From Akkermansiaceae bacterium (lineage in GTDB: Bacteria; Verrucomicrobiota; Verrucomicrobiia; Verrucomicrobiales; Akkermansiaceae), in assembly GCA_903930425.1 (NCBI GenBank), contig CAIYYV010000216.1, positions 1 to 43,228 of the forward strand: 43,228 nucleotides of DNA, read 5' to 3'. Under the pieces are notes generated by a model that worked only from the letters and a program-made list of their open reading frames with translations, was not told the DNA's origin and searched no databases. This document shows positions 28,090 through 37,071 of the stretch, in pieces; position 1 is the first letter of the stretch; each line of letters begins with the position of its first letter. A program made the position numbers and the translations under genes.

Positions 28090-30135
28090 CTATGCGATGA
28101 GCCAGAAATACAAGATGAGAAGAACCGACATCCCAAGACCAATGGCCCGAAGATACGCTTGAGGACGACCCGACTGACTGCGGGAAGCGGACACTGCACG
28201 ATTTTGCAAACCGGAACACAAACGGTCAAATCCATCGTTCAGGCCCTTTTCATCGGACACACCGGTCCACCGCCCGATCCGCTTGACGCACGATTCCCCT
28301 ACCGCCATCAGCGGCACGAAAACCTGACGCTCAAGGGCGTCTATGGCACCCGCAAAAAATGCAAGCGGTCCGATGATGGCCTTTTCATAAAGGGCGTCAA
28401 AGCCCATCGCCTGCTCCAGAAAACGCCACACTCCACCGAGTTTTCCCGCAAGGGGATCGGCCGCCTGGCTGTCACTCGAAACATTCCGATAGATCGCCCA
28501 TGACGCACCAACCCCCAATGTGACAATCGCAAGCGACAAGCCAATCAAATGCATGACCTCGGGTTTCATCAGCGCTCCCGAATCGAATCTGGCCGACTCG
28601 CCGGATATCCACTCTTCAAACCACGGCCAGACAGGAGTGCCCACAAGCGCAAGCAAAACCGCCCCCGCAGCTAGCACGTAAAGCGGCACAAGCATCACCG
28701 ACGGGCTTTCGTGCGGGTGCGCAACGCCGGGCCTGCGCGGCACACCAAAAAACACAAGCAAGGCCTGACGCGTCATGTAAAATGCCGTGAGTAGTGCGGC
28801 AGCGCCCGCTAACAAAAATGGACCGTGCCCGCCGGGCCAGATTTGCGCCTTGTGCAAAATAGCCTCCTTGCTCCAAAAACCCGAAAACACAAACGGAAAT
28901 CCTGATAGAGCCATCATGCCGACCGCATAAGTGACAAATGTTTTGGGCATGGCATGGCGCAGGCCGCCCATGCGGCGAATGTCCTGTTCCTCATGGCAAC
29001 CGTGAATCACCGAGCCCGCTGAGAGGAACAAAAGCGCCTTGAAAAAGGCATGGGCTATCAAATGGAACATCGCCGCAGCCACGCCACCCGTGCCCAAGGC
29101 CACCATCATGAATCCGAGCTGCGAGACTGTCGAATACGCAAGAATCCGCTTGATGTCGGTCTGGGCGAGCGCAACCAGCGCCGCGTAAAGCGCCGTGATC
29201 CCTCCAATCCAAGCCGCAGCAATGAGCGGCAGACTCAATCCATTGAGGTCCGCCGCTGCGGAAAATATCGGATGCGTGCGGGCGACCAAAAACACGCCGG
29301 CCGCCACCATCGTCGCGGCATGAATGAGCGCGGACACCGGCGTCGGGCCTTCCATCGCATCGGGCAACCAGGTATGCAGGGGCACCTGGCCGGATTTGCC
29401 CATCGCCCCAACTAACAAAAGCAGCGCTGCAGCCGAAGAAACCGCGAGCCCGCCAACCGTGGTGGCACCCGCCAGTGAGTGCAGGACGCCGGATTCTAAC
29501 AATCCGTTGCCGTTGTCATAGAAAAGCAAGGTCCCGGACTGCCGATACAACCAGATCATGCCAATGAAAAACGCCATGTCCCCAACCCGCGTCGTGATGA
29601 ACGCCTTCTGCGCCGCCGCTGCGGCAGTGGGTTTCTCAAAGTAGAACCCAATCAGCATATACGACGCCAACCCGACCAGCTCCCATGCCATGAACAACAG
29701 CAAAAGGCTGTTAGAAAGCACGACAAACAACATCGCGCCGCAAAATAGCGAGAGAAACCCGAAGAAGCGGCCGAAACGCGCCTCCTTTTCCATATAGCCA
29801 ATACTGTAAACAAAGATCCAGAGTGCAACAAACGTGACCATCGCCGCCATGGCCGCGCTCATTGGGTCGAGCCACAAGCCGACCTGAAGTGCCACATCGC
29901 CAAAAGTAAGCCATGTGACCGCCGGGATGGAGGATGCCATTTTCCCAGGAGTGAGCGAGCAAAGCAAGGCGGCCAGTGCGATGAGGCATGACAGAAACAA
30001 GGCACCGGTCGCGATCTGGGAAGCGACGCGTCCATAACGGTTAGGGAGGATCGCAATCACGGCCCCGGCAATCAATGGGAGCAGGGGCACCCACCAAAGC
30101 AGGAACGGAAGATAAGGATGGAATGGTTCAGCCAT
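28090..30135 (-). CDS. nuoL: NADH:quinone oxidoreductase-like subunit L with an extended lateral helix
   Basis: WELVGLASY, KAFITTRVGD, GKSGQVPLHTWLPDAMEGPTPVSALIHAATMV, LAYSTVSQLG and HAFFKALLFL. Start placed at ATG 30135. Confidence 0.95.
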   Translation of the reverse strand: MAEPFHPYLPFLLWWVPLLPLIAGAVIAILPNRYGRVASQIATGALFLSCLIALAALLCSLTPGKMASSIPAVTWLTFGDVALQVGLWLDPMSAAMAAMVTFVALWIFVYSIGYMEKEARFGRFFGFLSLFCGAMLFVVLSNSLLLLFMAWELVGLASYMLIGFYFEKPTAAAAAQKAFITTRVGDMAFFIGMIWLYRQSGTLLFYDNGNGLLESGVLHSLAGATTVGGLAVSSAAALLLLVGAMGKSGQVPLHTWLPDAMEGPTPVSALIHAATMVAAGVFLVARTHPIFSAAADLNGLSLPLIAAAWIGGITALYAALVALAQTDIKRILAYSTVSQLGFMMVALGTGGVAAAMFHLIAHAFFKALLFLSAGSVIHGCHEEQDIRRMGGLRHAMPKTFVTYAVGMMALSGFPFVFSGFWSKEAILHKAQIWPGGHGPFLLAGAAALLTAFYMTRQALLVFFGVPRRPGVAHPHESPSVMLVPLYVLAAGAVLLALVGTPVWPWFEEWISGESARFDSGALMKPEVMHLIGLSLAIVTLGVGASWAIYRNVSSDSQAADPLAGKLGGVWRFLEQAMGFDALYEKAIIGPLAFFAGAIDALERQVFVPLMAVGESCVKRIGRWTGVSDEKGLNDGFDRLCSGLQNRAVSASRSQSGRPQAYLRAIGLGMSVLLILYFWLIA

Positions 30136-30439
30136 GGAGTGAGTCGAGGCGGTTGAGATCGGTCGATCGGGTGTGGCGGAAAACCATGAGGATGATCGCC
30201 AATCCCACAGCGGCTTCCGCCGCCGCGATGGCAATCGAGAACAACACAAACAGAGGCCCAGTGAAATCCGGATCGGGCGGGCCATAACGCCAAAAAGCGA
30301 TGAAATTCAGATTCGCCGCATTGAGCATCAATTCGATTCCGACGAGGATCAGGATCGCGTTGCGGCGGGTCAGCACGGCGAAGAGTCCGAGCGTGAACCA
30401 CAGCGAGGAAACAATGAGCAAGAGCGAGAGCGGAGTCAT
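30128..30439 (-). CDS. nuoK: NADH:quinone oxidoreductase-like subunit K
   Basis: RRNAI...IELMLNAANLNF...AAAEAAVGLAI. Confidence 0.95.
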   Translation of the reverse strand: MTPLSLLLIVSSLWFTLGLFAVLTRRNAILILVGIELMLNAANLNFIAFWRYGPPDPDFTGPLFVLFSIAIAAAEAAVGLAIILMVFRHTRSTDLNRLDSLHG

Positions 30440-30975
30440 GAGTCGCCAGGGGTGTTGGGTTTCCTTGTGGGTTCTGTATGACTGGACGCGTGTGCCTCTT
30501 TGGCAAACAACGCCGCGCCAATCATGACAGCGGTGAGCAGCACGCCTACCGCGAGCACGGCGGGGGCATGCGTGGTGAACAAGACGCGCCCGAATGATTC
30601 GACCGAAAGCGAGGGGTTCTCAGGCGCGGCGTCTGGAAGGCAGGTGTGGCGCGATGCCGCATAGACCAACACCGCGAACACCGGAAGCGTACATGCCAGA
30701 CCCGTGACCCACGAACGCGGACGCCTCAAAAGTTCCTCCGCCTCGTCACCGGGCCGCGTGATCAAAAGCGAAAAGACAATCAAGACCGCCACCGCACCCA
30801 CATAGACCATGAACTGCACAAGACCGATGAAATCCGCCCCGACCGCCAGATAGACGACGGCGGTGAGGGCCAGCGCGAGCGCCAAGAACAAGGCCGCATG
30901 AACCGGACGCGCCAACCACACGGCACCCAGTGCGGCAAGAATCATCATCGGGCAGAGAATCAGAAGCGGGGTCAT
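30436..30975 (-). CDS. nuoJ: NADH:quinone oxidoreductase-like subunit J
   Basis: PVHAALFL, ADFIGLVQFMVYVGAVAVL and LLTAVMIGA. Start placed at ATG 30975. Confidence 0.92.
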   Translation of the reverse strand: MTPLLILCPMMILAALGAVWLARPVHAALFLALALALTAVVYLAVGADFIGLVQFMVYVGAVAVLIVFSLLITRPGDEAEELLRRPRSWVTGLACTLPVFAVLVYAASRHTCLPDAAPENPSLSVESFGRVLFTTHAPAVLAVGVLLTAVMIGAALFAKEAHASSHTEPTRKPNTPGDS

Positions 30976-31003
30976 TGGAAAAAATATGGGTTTCCTATTA
31001 GTG

Positions 31004-32233
31004 CTAGGAATCGGCAAAAGTATAAGTGCGGGTGGCCGGGGCAAGGCGTTTGTTATAATGGATGGTGAGCACTACCCAGGGGACTAGCAGCATCGGCACA
31101 GTGACCGCCCAACCGATCAAACCACCGCCGGCGAAATGCCAGATCCCGGCCGCCGGAATCGTGAGCAATGCCATCGGGATCAGGCAAAGCCAGGCAAAAC
31201 GCATCAATTGGTCGATGCGCACGCGCGGAAATGTGCCGCGGATCCAGAGGAACGAGAAGATGACGACGACGAGTTTGGAGAAGAACCAGATCCATGACGG
31301 GACAGAGCCGAGACCTGGAAATGGGGCCTGCCAACCCCCCAGAAAGAGGGTGATGCCAAGCCCGGAGATGGCAAAAAGCCCGAGGTATTCGCCCATAAAA
31401 AACAAGGCATACTTGAACCCAGAGTATTCGGTCATGTGGCCGGCGACGATTTCCGACTCGCCTTCAGGCAGATCGAACGGACAGCGGTTGGCCTCGGCGA
31501 TGCTGGCGATGTAAAACACGAGACCGGCAGAAAGGCCCCACGGCGTGAAGACGTTCCATGCCGGGATAAACCCGAGGAGGAAGCCGGATTGTTGAGCGAC
31601 GATACCTGGCAGCGACAGGGTGCCTGAAACCATGATGACGCCGAGCGCTGAAAGCATGAGCGGCAACTCATAACTCACCATCTGGGAAATCGCCCGCATC
31701 GCGCCAAGCATCGGAAACTTCGACCCACTCGCCCAACCGGCCATGAAAACCGCCAACTCCGTGAGGGTGCCGACGGCAAAGAAAAACAACAAGCCGAGAT
31801 CTAACGGCACAGGCACCCACTCGCGTCCGTAGGGAAGGACACCGAGCGCGAGGATGGATGGCACCACGATGAGAATGGGTGCCAACAAGTGAAGGAACCA
31901 CTCGGCCTTGGTGGGCACGATGTCTTCCTTGGTGAGCATTTTGATGCCGTCGGCCACTGGTTGGAGAATGCCGAACCAACCGGCGCGGTTCGGGCCGATA
32001 CGGTTTTGGATGCGCGCCAGGGTTTTGCGCTCAATGAGCGAGAGCAACGCAAAGCCAGTCAAAAACACACCGACCACCGTGCCGGCCGCAGCAACCAATC
32101 CGCCAATCGTCACCAACCAGTCAGGGGCACCGCAAAAATGCAGGAGCATTTCCACCAGGCGCTGTGGCAAGCGGGGCCAGCACTCGGGTGCCCACAAGAC
32201 GGCGGCACTGTGCGATGCGTCAAACCCACTCAT
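31004..32233 (-). CDS. nuoH: NADH:quinone oxidoreductase-like subunit H
   Basis: ERKTLARIQNRIGPNR, QPVADGIKMLTKED, RAISQMVSYE, AEANRCPFDLPEGESEIVAGHMTEYSG and PRVRIDQLM. Confidence 0.95.
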   Translation of the reverse strand: MSGFDASHSAAVLWAPECWPRLPQRLVEMLLHFCGAPDWLVTIGGLVAAAGTVVGVFLTGFALLSLIERKTLARIQNRIGPNRAGWFGILQPVADGIKMLTKEDIVPTKAEWFLHLLAPILIVVPSILALGVLPYGREWVPVPLDLGLLFFFAVGTLTELAVFMAGWASGSKFPMLGAMRAISQMVSYELPLMLSALGVIMVSGTLSLPGIVAQQSGFLLGFIPAWNVFTPWGLSAGLVFYIASIAEANRCPFDLPEGESEIVAGHMTEYSGFKYALFFMGEYLGLFAISGLGITLFLGGWQAPFPGLGSVPSWIWFFSKLVVVIFSFLWIRGTFPRVRIDQLMRFAWLCLIPMALLTIPAAGIWHFAGGGLIGWAVTVPMLLVPWVVLTIHYNKRLAPATRTYTFADS

Positions 32234-32874
32234 GCATGCTCTCCTTCCGTGCTTGGTTCTGGGGCATTCTTTTCTTTTTCCGCTTTCAGCTTGGCCGCTT
32301 TGGCGGCTTGCACGGCGAGATTCTTTTGTTCTTCCGCATGGCGTCTGGCGGCAACCTCGGTGGCCTGATCCGGGCGCAGAGTGGCATGATACTCGGCGGA
32401 TTTCGACAGGCGGTCGAGACCAAACAACAATCCACCGAAGCGGTCATCCGTGCTCAATTCATACTCACCATCCATATAAATCGAATCAAACGGGCAGACC
32501 TCCGCACAAATCCCGCAATTCATGCAAACCGACACGTCGATATCAAACACCTTGGGACGCTTGAGCGATTTGCCGGACCGATCGCGATCCAGCACGATAT
32601 AGATGCACTGAGGCGGGCATTCTTTCTCACAGATCGAGCATGCGGTGCATCGCAGGCCGGCCACCGGGTCACTGCCATCATAACAAAGGAAGGGAAAATT
32701 GCGGAAATTCGGGCTGATTGGCGCGCGTTGCTCGGGATACTGCACGGTGGTCATGCGATCCTTGCGATAATAACTTTGAAGCATGTTCTGCGCCGTGACC
32801 GCCAAGCCTTTGAGCAAGCCGAGGCCGGGGATGGACCACCTGCCACGCGATCGAGGATGTTGGCTGGAGTTCAT
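32230..32874 (-). CDS. nuoI: NADH:quinone oxidoreductase-like subunit I (2x[4Fe-4S])
   Basis: [18 protein letters not shown] and [15 protein letters not shown] 32874 overlaps the nuoD stop (ATGA). Confidence 0.92.
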   Translation of the reverse strand: MNSSQHPRSRGRWSIPGLGLLKGLAVTAQNMLQSYYRKDRMTTVQYPEQRAPISPNFRNFPFLCYDGSDPVAGLRCTACSICEKECPPQCIYIVLDRDRSGKSLKRPKVFDIDVSVCMNCGICAEVCPFDSIYMDGEYELSTDDRFGGLLFGLDRLSKSAEYHATLRPDQATEVAARRHAEEQKNLAVQAAKAAKLKAEKEKNAPEPSTEGEHA

Positions 32875-34031
32875 CGGTCCACCTCCCCTAACACAATATC
32901 GACACTGCCGAGGATCACCACCACATCGGCGAGATCCAGCCCGAGACACATATCCTCGATGAGCGTGAGATTGATGAAACTCGGCGGACGGATCCGGTAG
33001 CGGTAGGGCTTGGTCGTTCCATCGCTGATCAAATGAAATCCGAGCTCGCCCTTCGGGCCTTCAATGCGGGCATACGATTCCCCCACCGGTGGCTTGAAAT
33101 TGCGAATCCTCGCCTTCGGATCAATCACCGGGCCTTCCGGAAGCTGCGCCAGCGCCTGCTGCAAAATCTTGAGCGACTCGCGCATTTCCAAAAACCGGAT
33201 CATGATGCGGTCATAACAATCGCCGGTGGCCCCGAGCGGGATGCGGAAATCAAAGCGCTCGTAAATGCCGTAGGGATCGACCTTGCGGATGTCATAGTTG
33301 ACGCCCGCCGCGCGCAGCATGGGACCGGATATCCCCCCATTGACGAGCGTCTCCTTCGACAAGCTCCCAATCCCCTGCGTGCGGGCTAACAAAATCTCGT
33401 TGCCGACTAACAATTTTTCCATTTCATCGAGAAACGGTCCGTAGTCATCGACGAGTCGGCTCACTTGGGCGGCCCAACCGTCGGGCAGGTCATTGCGGCA
33501 TCCGCCGAAGCGCATGAAATTGGCCATCATGCGTGCGCCGGTGAGGTCTTCGAACAAGTCGAGAATGAGTTCGCGTTCGCGGAAGGCATACATCAGGGCG
33601 GAACCCCAGGCACCCATGTCGCCGAGAATGAACCCGGCAAACGCGGTATGATTGATCAGACGCGTGAGTTCCGCGAGAATCACCCGCAGGTATTGGGCGC
33701 GCTCCGGCACCTCGAGGCCCGCGAGCTTTTCCACGGCGTGGGCATACGCCCAGTTGTTGCTGAGCGGGCAAATGTAATCGAGGCGATCGGTATACGGCAT
33801 CGAACTTAGATAAGTGATACCCTCGGCAATTTTTTCGTGATTGCGGTGGAGGTATCCGAAGACCGGTTTAAGGCTCACCACCGTTTCACCGTCGAGGACC
33901 ACATTCATCCGGAAAACCCCGTGCGTGGACGGATGCTGCGGCCCTAACGAAACCCGGAGCAACGAGTCGTCGTCCGGGCCGGATTCAATCATCGGCGCGG
34001 CATCAAAACTCTTGGATGAGGCGGAAATCAT
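32871..34031 (-). CDS. nuoD: NADH:quinone oxidoreductase-like subunit D
   Basis: [35 protein letters not shown] and DIVLGEVDR; no Ni-binding CxxC pairs. Confidence 0.95.
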   Translation of the reverse strand: MISASSKSFDAAPMIESGPDDDSLLRVSLGPQHPSTHGVFRMNVVLDGETVVSLKPVFGYLHRNHEKIAEGITYLSSMPYTDRLDYICPLSNNWAYAHAVEKLAGLEVPERAQYLRVILAELTRLINHTAFAGFILGDMGAWGSALMYAFRERELILDLFEDLTGARMMANFMRFGGCRNDLPDGWAAQVSRLVDDYGPFLDEMEKLLVGNEILLARTQGIGSLSKETLVNGGISGPMLRAAGVNYDIRKVDPYGIYERFDFRIPLGATGDCYDRIMIRFLEMRESLKILQQALAQLPEGPVIDPKARIRNFKPPVGESYARIEGPKGELGFHLISDGTTKPYRYRIRPPSFINLTLIEDMCLGLDLADVVVILGSVDIVLGEVDR

Positions 34032-34630
34032 GATGGTGCGTAATGCCGTTTGGCTTTTTGCAACACGGCGGCATGCGGTGTGGGCTCATACTCGCAATCA
34101 TCCGGTGCCACGTAATCCTTGCGCATCGGATGATCCTCAAACCCGTCCCACATCAGGATGCGGCGCAGGTCGGGATGACCGGTGAACTCGACACCGTAGA
34201 GATCAAATATCTCACGTTCTTGGAACTCGGCGCTCCGAAACACGGCCACCACCGAGGGAATTTGCACATTCGCCCCGCGGTCTATGGTTCGAGCGCGAAG
34301 CACCAACGGGCCAACCCGGCGGGTGGTCGAGTAAAGGTGATAGATCACCTCAAGAAATCCAGTGGCGGGCGCGGCCGCCTCGCCTTCGGCGGGTGCTGCC
34401 ACGGCGTCGGCCATCGAAGAATCTAACCAATCCACTCCGGTGACATTCGAGAGATAGTCAAAAGCCAGATCCGGGGTGTCGCGCAGCATGCGGCAGACGT
34501 CGACCAGATCGGCACAATCGACGAGGAGGGAATGTTGCGCGGCCGGGCCGGGATTGCGGCGGACAGTGATCCGCGCTGCGGGCAGCACGTCTAACAAACG
34601 CGCCTGAATCGTTTCAAGATCCACACTCAT
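34028..34630 (-). CDS. nuoC: NADH:quinone oxidoreductase-like subunit C
   Basis: [20 protein letters not shown] and [23 protein letters not shown]...HPMRKDY. ATG 34630 overlaps the nuoB stop. Confidence 0.93.
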   Translation of the reverse strand: MSVDLETIQARLLDVLPAARITVRRNPGPAAQHSLLVDCADLVDVCRMLRDTPDLAFDYLSNVTGVDWLDSSMADAVAAPAEGEAAAPATGFLEVIYHLYSTTRRVGPLVLRARTIDRGANVQIPSVVAVFRSAEFQEREIFDLYGVEFTGHPDLRRILMWDGFEDHPMRKDYVAPDDCEYEPTPHAAVLQKAKRHYAPS

Positions 34631-35262
34631 GCTTCGACCCCTTCCACTTCGCGCAGCACCGGGAGCGGGTGCCAAATCTCGCGGTTCGACGTCGGCTCGA
34701 GGTCGTGCGCGCCGCACTCAGGCACTGGAAACGCCGCCGTCCCGAGAGGATCTGCGTGGCGGGCGCGGTGAGATCCCATGAGTTTTTCTTTGGCGATTTG
34801 AGCGCGCAGCGTGAGCAAGCCATCCAAGAGCGCCTCCGGGCGCGGCGGACATCCGGGAATCACGACATCCACCGGAATGAAGCGGTCAATCCCTTTGAGC
34901 ACATTGTATCCTTCCTTAAAAGGCCCGCCGGAAATCGCGCAGGCCCCCATGGCAATGACGTATTTCGGCTCGGCCATTTGGTTGTAGAGCCGCACGACTT
35001 GCGGTGCCATTTTTTTGGTGACCGTGCCGGCGACAATCATCAAATCCGCCTGCCGTGGCGAAGGCCGAAACACCTCGGCCCCGAAGCGCGCCATGTCGTA
35101 TTTCGCCATGGTGGCCGCAATCATTTCGATCGCGCAACAGGCAAGACCAAACTGCAAGGGCCACAACGAACTCGAACGCCCCCAATTGATGAGTTGCTCG
35201 AAGGAAGTGACGTGCACCCCCTGCGACTTCATGTCGTCCTCCAGCATGGAATCAATCTCCAT
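34627..35262 (-). CDS. nuoB: NADH:quinone oxidoreductase-like subunit B
   Basis: [33 protein letters not shown] and IPGCPPRPE (N2 cluster ligands). Confidence 0.96.
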   Translation of the reverse strand: MEIDSMLEDDMKSQGVHVTSFEQLINWGRSSSLWPLQFGLACCAIEMIAATMAKYDMARFGAEVFRPSPRQADLMIVAGTVTKKMAPQVVRLYNQMAEPKYVIAMGACAISGGPFKEGYNVLKGIDRFIPVDVVIPGCPPRPEALLDGLLTLRAQIAKEKLMGSHRARHADPLGTAAFPVPECGAHDLEPTSNREIWHPLPVLREVEGVEA

Positions 35263-35656
35263 AAATTGTGAAGTTGGGTTTGGCGGGACCGCGCCAATTC
35301 AGAAGCCCCTTGCTCCAAGCCCAAACAAGGCCTTCGGCGAGCAATAACAAAAACAACATGGCCACTAGAAACGCACCCAGCGTGAGATGGAGAAAGGCAA
35401 CCGCAAAAGGAAGCAAAAAGACCGTCTCCACATCAAACAGCAGAAACAACAAACCAAACAGATAGTATTGCGAATGAAAACGAGTTTGACGTTCGGCAAG
35501 CGGATTCACGCCACATTCGTAGAGCGCGTTCTTTTCATCGCCACGCTTGATCGGCGTGAAAAACCGCATCCAAACGCGGGCCAGAGTGAGCGCTCCTATG
35601 GGCACCACCAAGGCGACACCCAAAAAGACCAGAACCGGAAGGTAGAGGTGAGTCAT
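35252..35656 (-). CDS. nuoA: NADH:quinone oxidoreductase-like subunit A
   Basis: K...[22 protein letters not shown] and [10 protein letters not shown]. Confidence 0.95.
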   Translation of the reverse strand: MTHLYLPVLVFLGVALVVPIGALTLARVWMRFFTPIKRGDEKNALYECGVNPLAERQTRFHSQYYLFGLLFLLFDVETVFLLPFAVAFLHLTLGAFLVAMLFLLLLAEGLVWAWSKGLLNWRGPAKPNFTIYGD

Positions 35657-35668
35657 CTGAAAGTCGGT

Positions 35669-36064
35669 TTAGGGCTGGGTTTTGTAGGCAAGCACCTCGT
35701 CAAGGCTCATGACCGCCAGCCTTGCGCGGTAGGAATGATGAAATGCCTCCCAAAACGTGTTTGGTCGAGGAGTTTCTTCCGGGACGTCAGCATGCACACC
35801 TCCCCGCCCTCCCTCAAGCGCCGCGTCAATCTGAAGCAAAAAAATTTCTGCAGGCGGGCGGGTGAGTTTGACGCCCCCTTTGTAGCCGCGCTTGGTTTCC
35901 ACGATGCCTGCCTCCCCGAGCCGCTGGAAGATTTTGGAGAGGTAGGGCAGCGGCATCTCGGTGCATTCGGCGATCTCGCGCACCAACATCGAGTCCACGC
36001 CGTGACGCGCCAAGCAGGCAAGCGCCTCGATCGCGTATCCGGTCGTGAGCGAAAAGGTCGTCAT
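35669..36064 (-). CDS. Rrf2-family transcriptional regulator lacking the C-terminal Cys triad
   Basis: YAIEALACLA, PYLSKIFQRL, KRGYKGG and PPAEI..L form the Rrf2 wHTH. Confidence 0.9.
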   Translation of the reverse strand: MTTFSLTTGYAIEALACLARHGVDSMLVREIAECTEMPLPYLSKIFQRLGEAGIVETKRGYKGGVKLTRPPAEIFLLQIDAALEGGRGGVHADVPEETPRPNTFWEAFHHSYRARLAVMSLDEVLAYKTQP

Positions 36065-36073
36065 CAAGGCGCG

Positions 36074-37066
36074 TCAGACTTTCCACAATTGCAATACGCG
36101 AAGGTAATTCGCGCGCTCATACACCGAAGGATCCGGGCAATGGGCAAGACTCATGCTGCCACGCATTTGATCGATCGATTCATACTCGTGCTCTTCCATC
36201 CATCGATTCAAATCGGTAAGTAGGCCGGTGAGGTGTTCGGGCCCGTTTTTGAGCAGGGTCGAAACCACCTGGACCACATTGGCCCCGACCATGATGCCCT
36301 TGATGATATCCTCGAACGAATGGACGCCACCGCTCAGCGCGATGTCCGCCTTGATGTGACCGTGGATGATGGCAATCCATCGCAGCCGTTGGCGAAGCTC
36401 TGTCGAGTTGGAAAGTTCGAGATGGGGGGTGGCTTCAAGCTCCTCGATGTGGATGTCAGGCTGATAGAAACGATTGAACATCACCACGCCTGCTGCTCCA
36501 CTGCTATCCAGTTGTTTAGCAAAATGCCCCGGCGACGAAAAATACGACGACAGCTTGACGGCGATGGGGATGGTGACGCTGGCTTTAACGGCTTCAAGGA
36601 TGTCGAGGGTGCGCTTTTCCACCTCTGTCCCCGATTCGTTAGGATTGGTCGCGACATAATACACATTCAACTCGAGCGCATCGGCCCCGGCTTCCTGAAT
36701 CAACCGGGCATGGTCAGTCCAGCCGCCCATGCTGATCCCGTTGAGCGACCCGATCACCGGGATGTTCACCGCCTCCTTGATGCGGGAAATTTGTTCCAGA
36801 TAACGATCCGGCCCAAGCGCGTAGTCTTCCATCCGCGGAAAATAGGAACTCGCCTCCGACGAAGAATCTGCGGAAAACTCGGTGTGGGCGAACTCCGCAA
36901 GCTGCTGGTTCGTGATCTGCTCCTCAAACAACGAATGCATCATGATCGCCGCCGCGCCGGCATCTTCGAGCCGACGCACGGTATCGAGCTTGTGTGCCAT
37001 CGGCGATGCCCCCGGCATCAACGGGTTTTTCAAAGGCAGGCCAAGATAAGTGGTGGAGAGTTCCAT
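36074..37066 (-). CDS. Dihydroorotate dehydrogenase-like FMN protein (PFOR-associated type)
   Basis: LSTTYLGLPLKNPL, SLFEEQI, IPVIGSLNG, ADALELNVYY, IPIAVKLS, FNRFYQPD, SGGVH and YERANY. Confidence 0.88.
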   Translation of the reverse strand: MELSTTYLGLPLKNPLMPGASPMAHKLDTVRRLEDAGAAAIMMHSLFEEQITNQQLAEFAHTEFSADSSSEASSYFPRMEDYALGPDRYLEQISRIKEAVNIPVIGSLNGISMGGWTDHARLIQEAGADALELNVYYVATNPNESGTEVEKRTLDILEAVKASVTIPIAVKLSSYFSSPGHFAKQLDSSGAAGVVMFNRFYQPDIHIEELEATPHLELSNSTELRQRLRWIAIIHGHIKADIALSGGVHSFEDIIKGIMVGANVVQVVSTLLKNGPEHLTGLLTDLNRWMEEHEYESIDQMRGSMSLAHCPDPSVYERANYLRVLQLWKV

Positions 37067-37071
37067 GGGGA

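Noticed and set aside
32871-35262. Group 4 [NiFe]-hydrogenase or Ech/Mbh interpretation of the N-module-less complex
   Set aside because: The large subunit lacks both Ni-binding CxxC motifs (it has DRLDY and ends DIVLGEVDR) and keeps the quinone-site GPQHPSTHG; NuoB has the tandem CC of complex I; nuoA is present.
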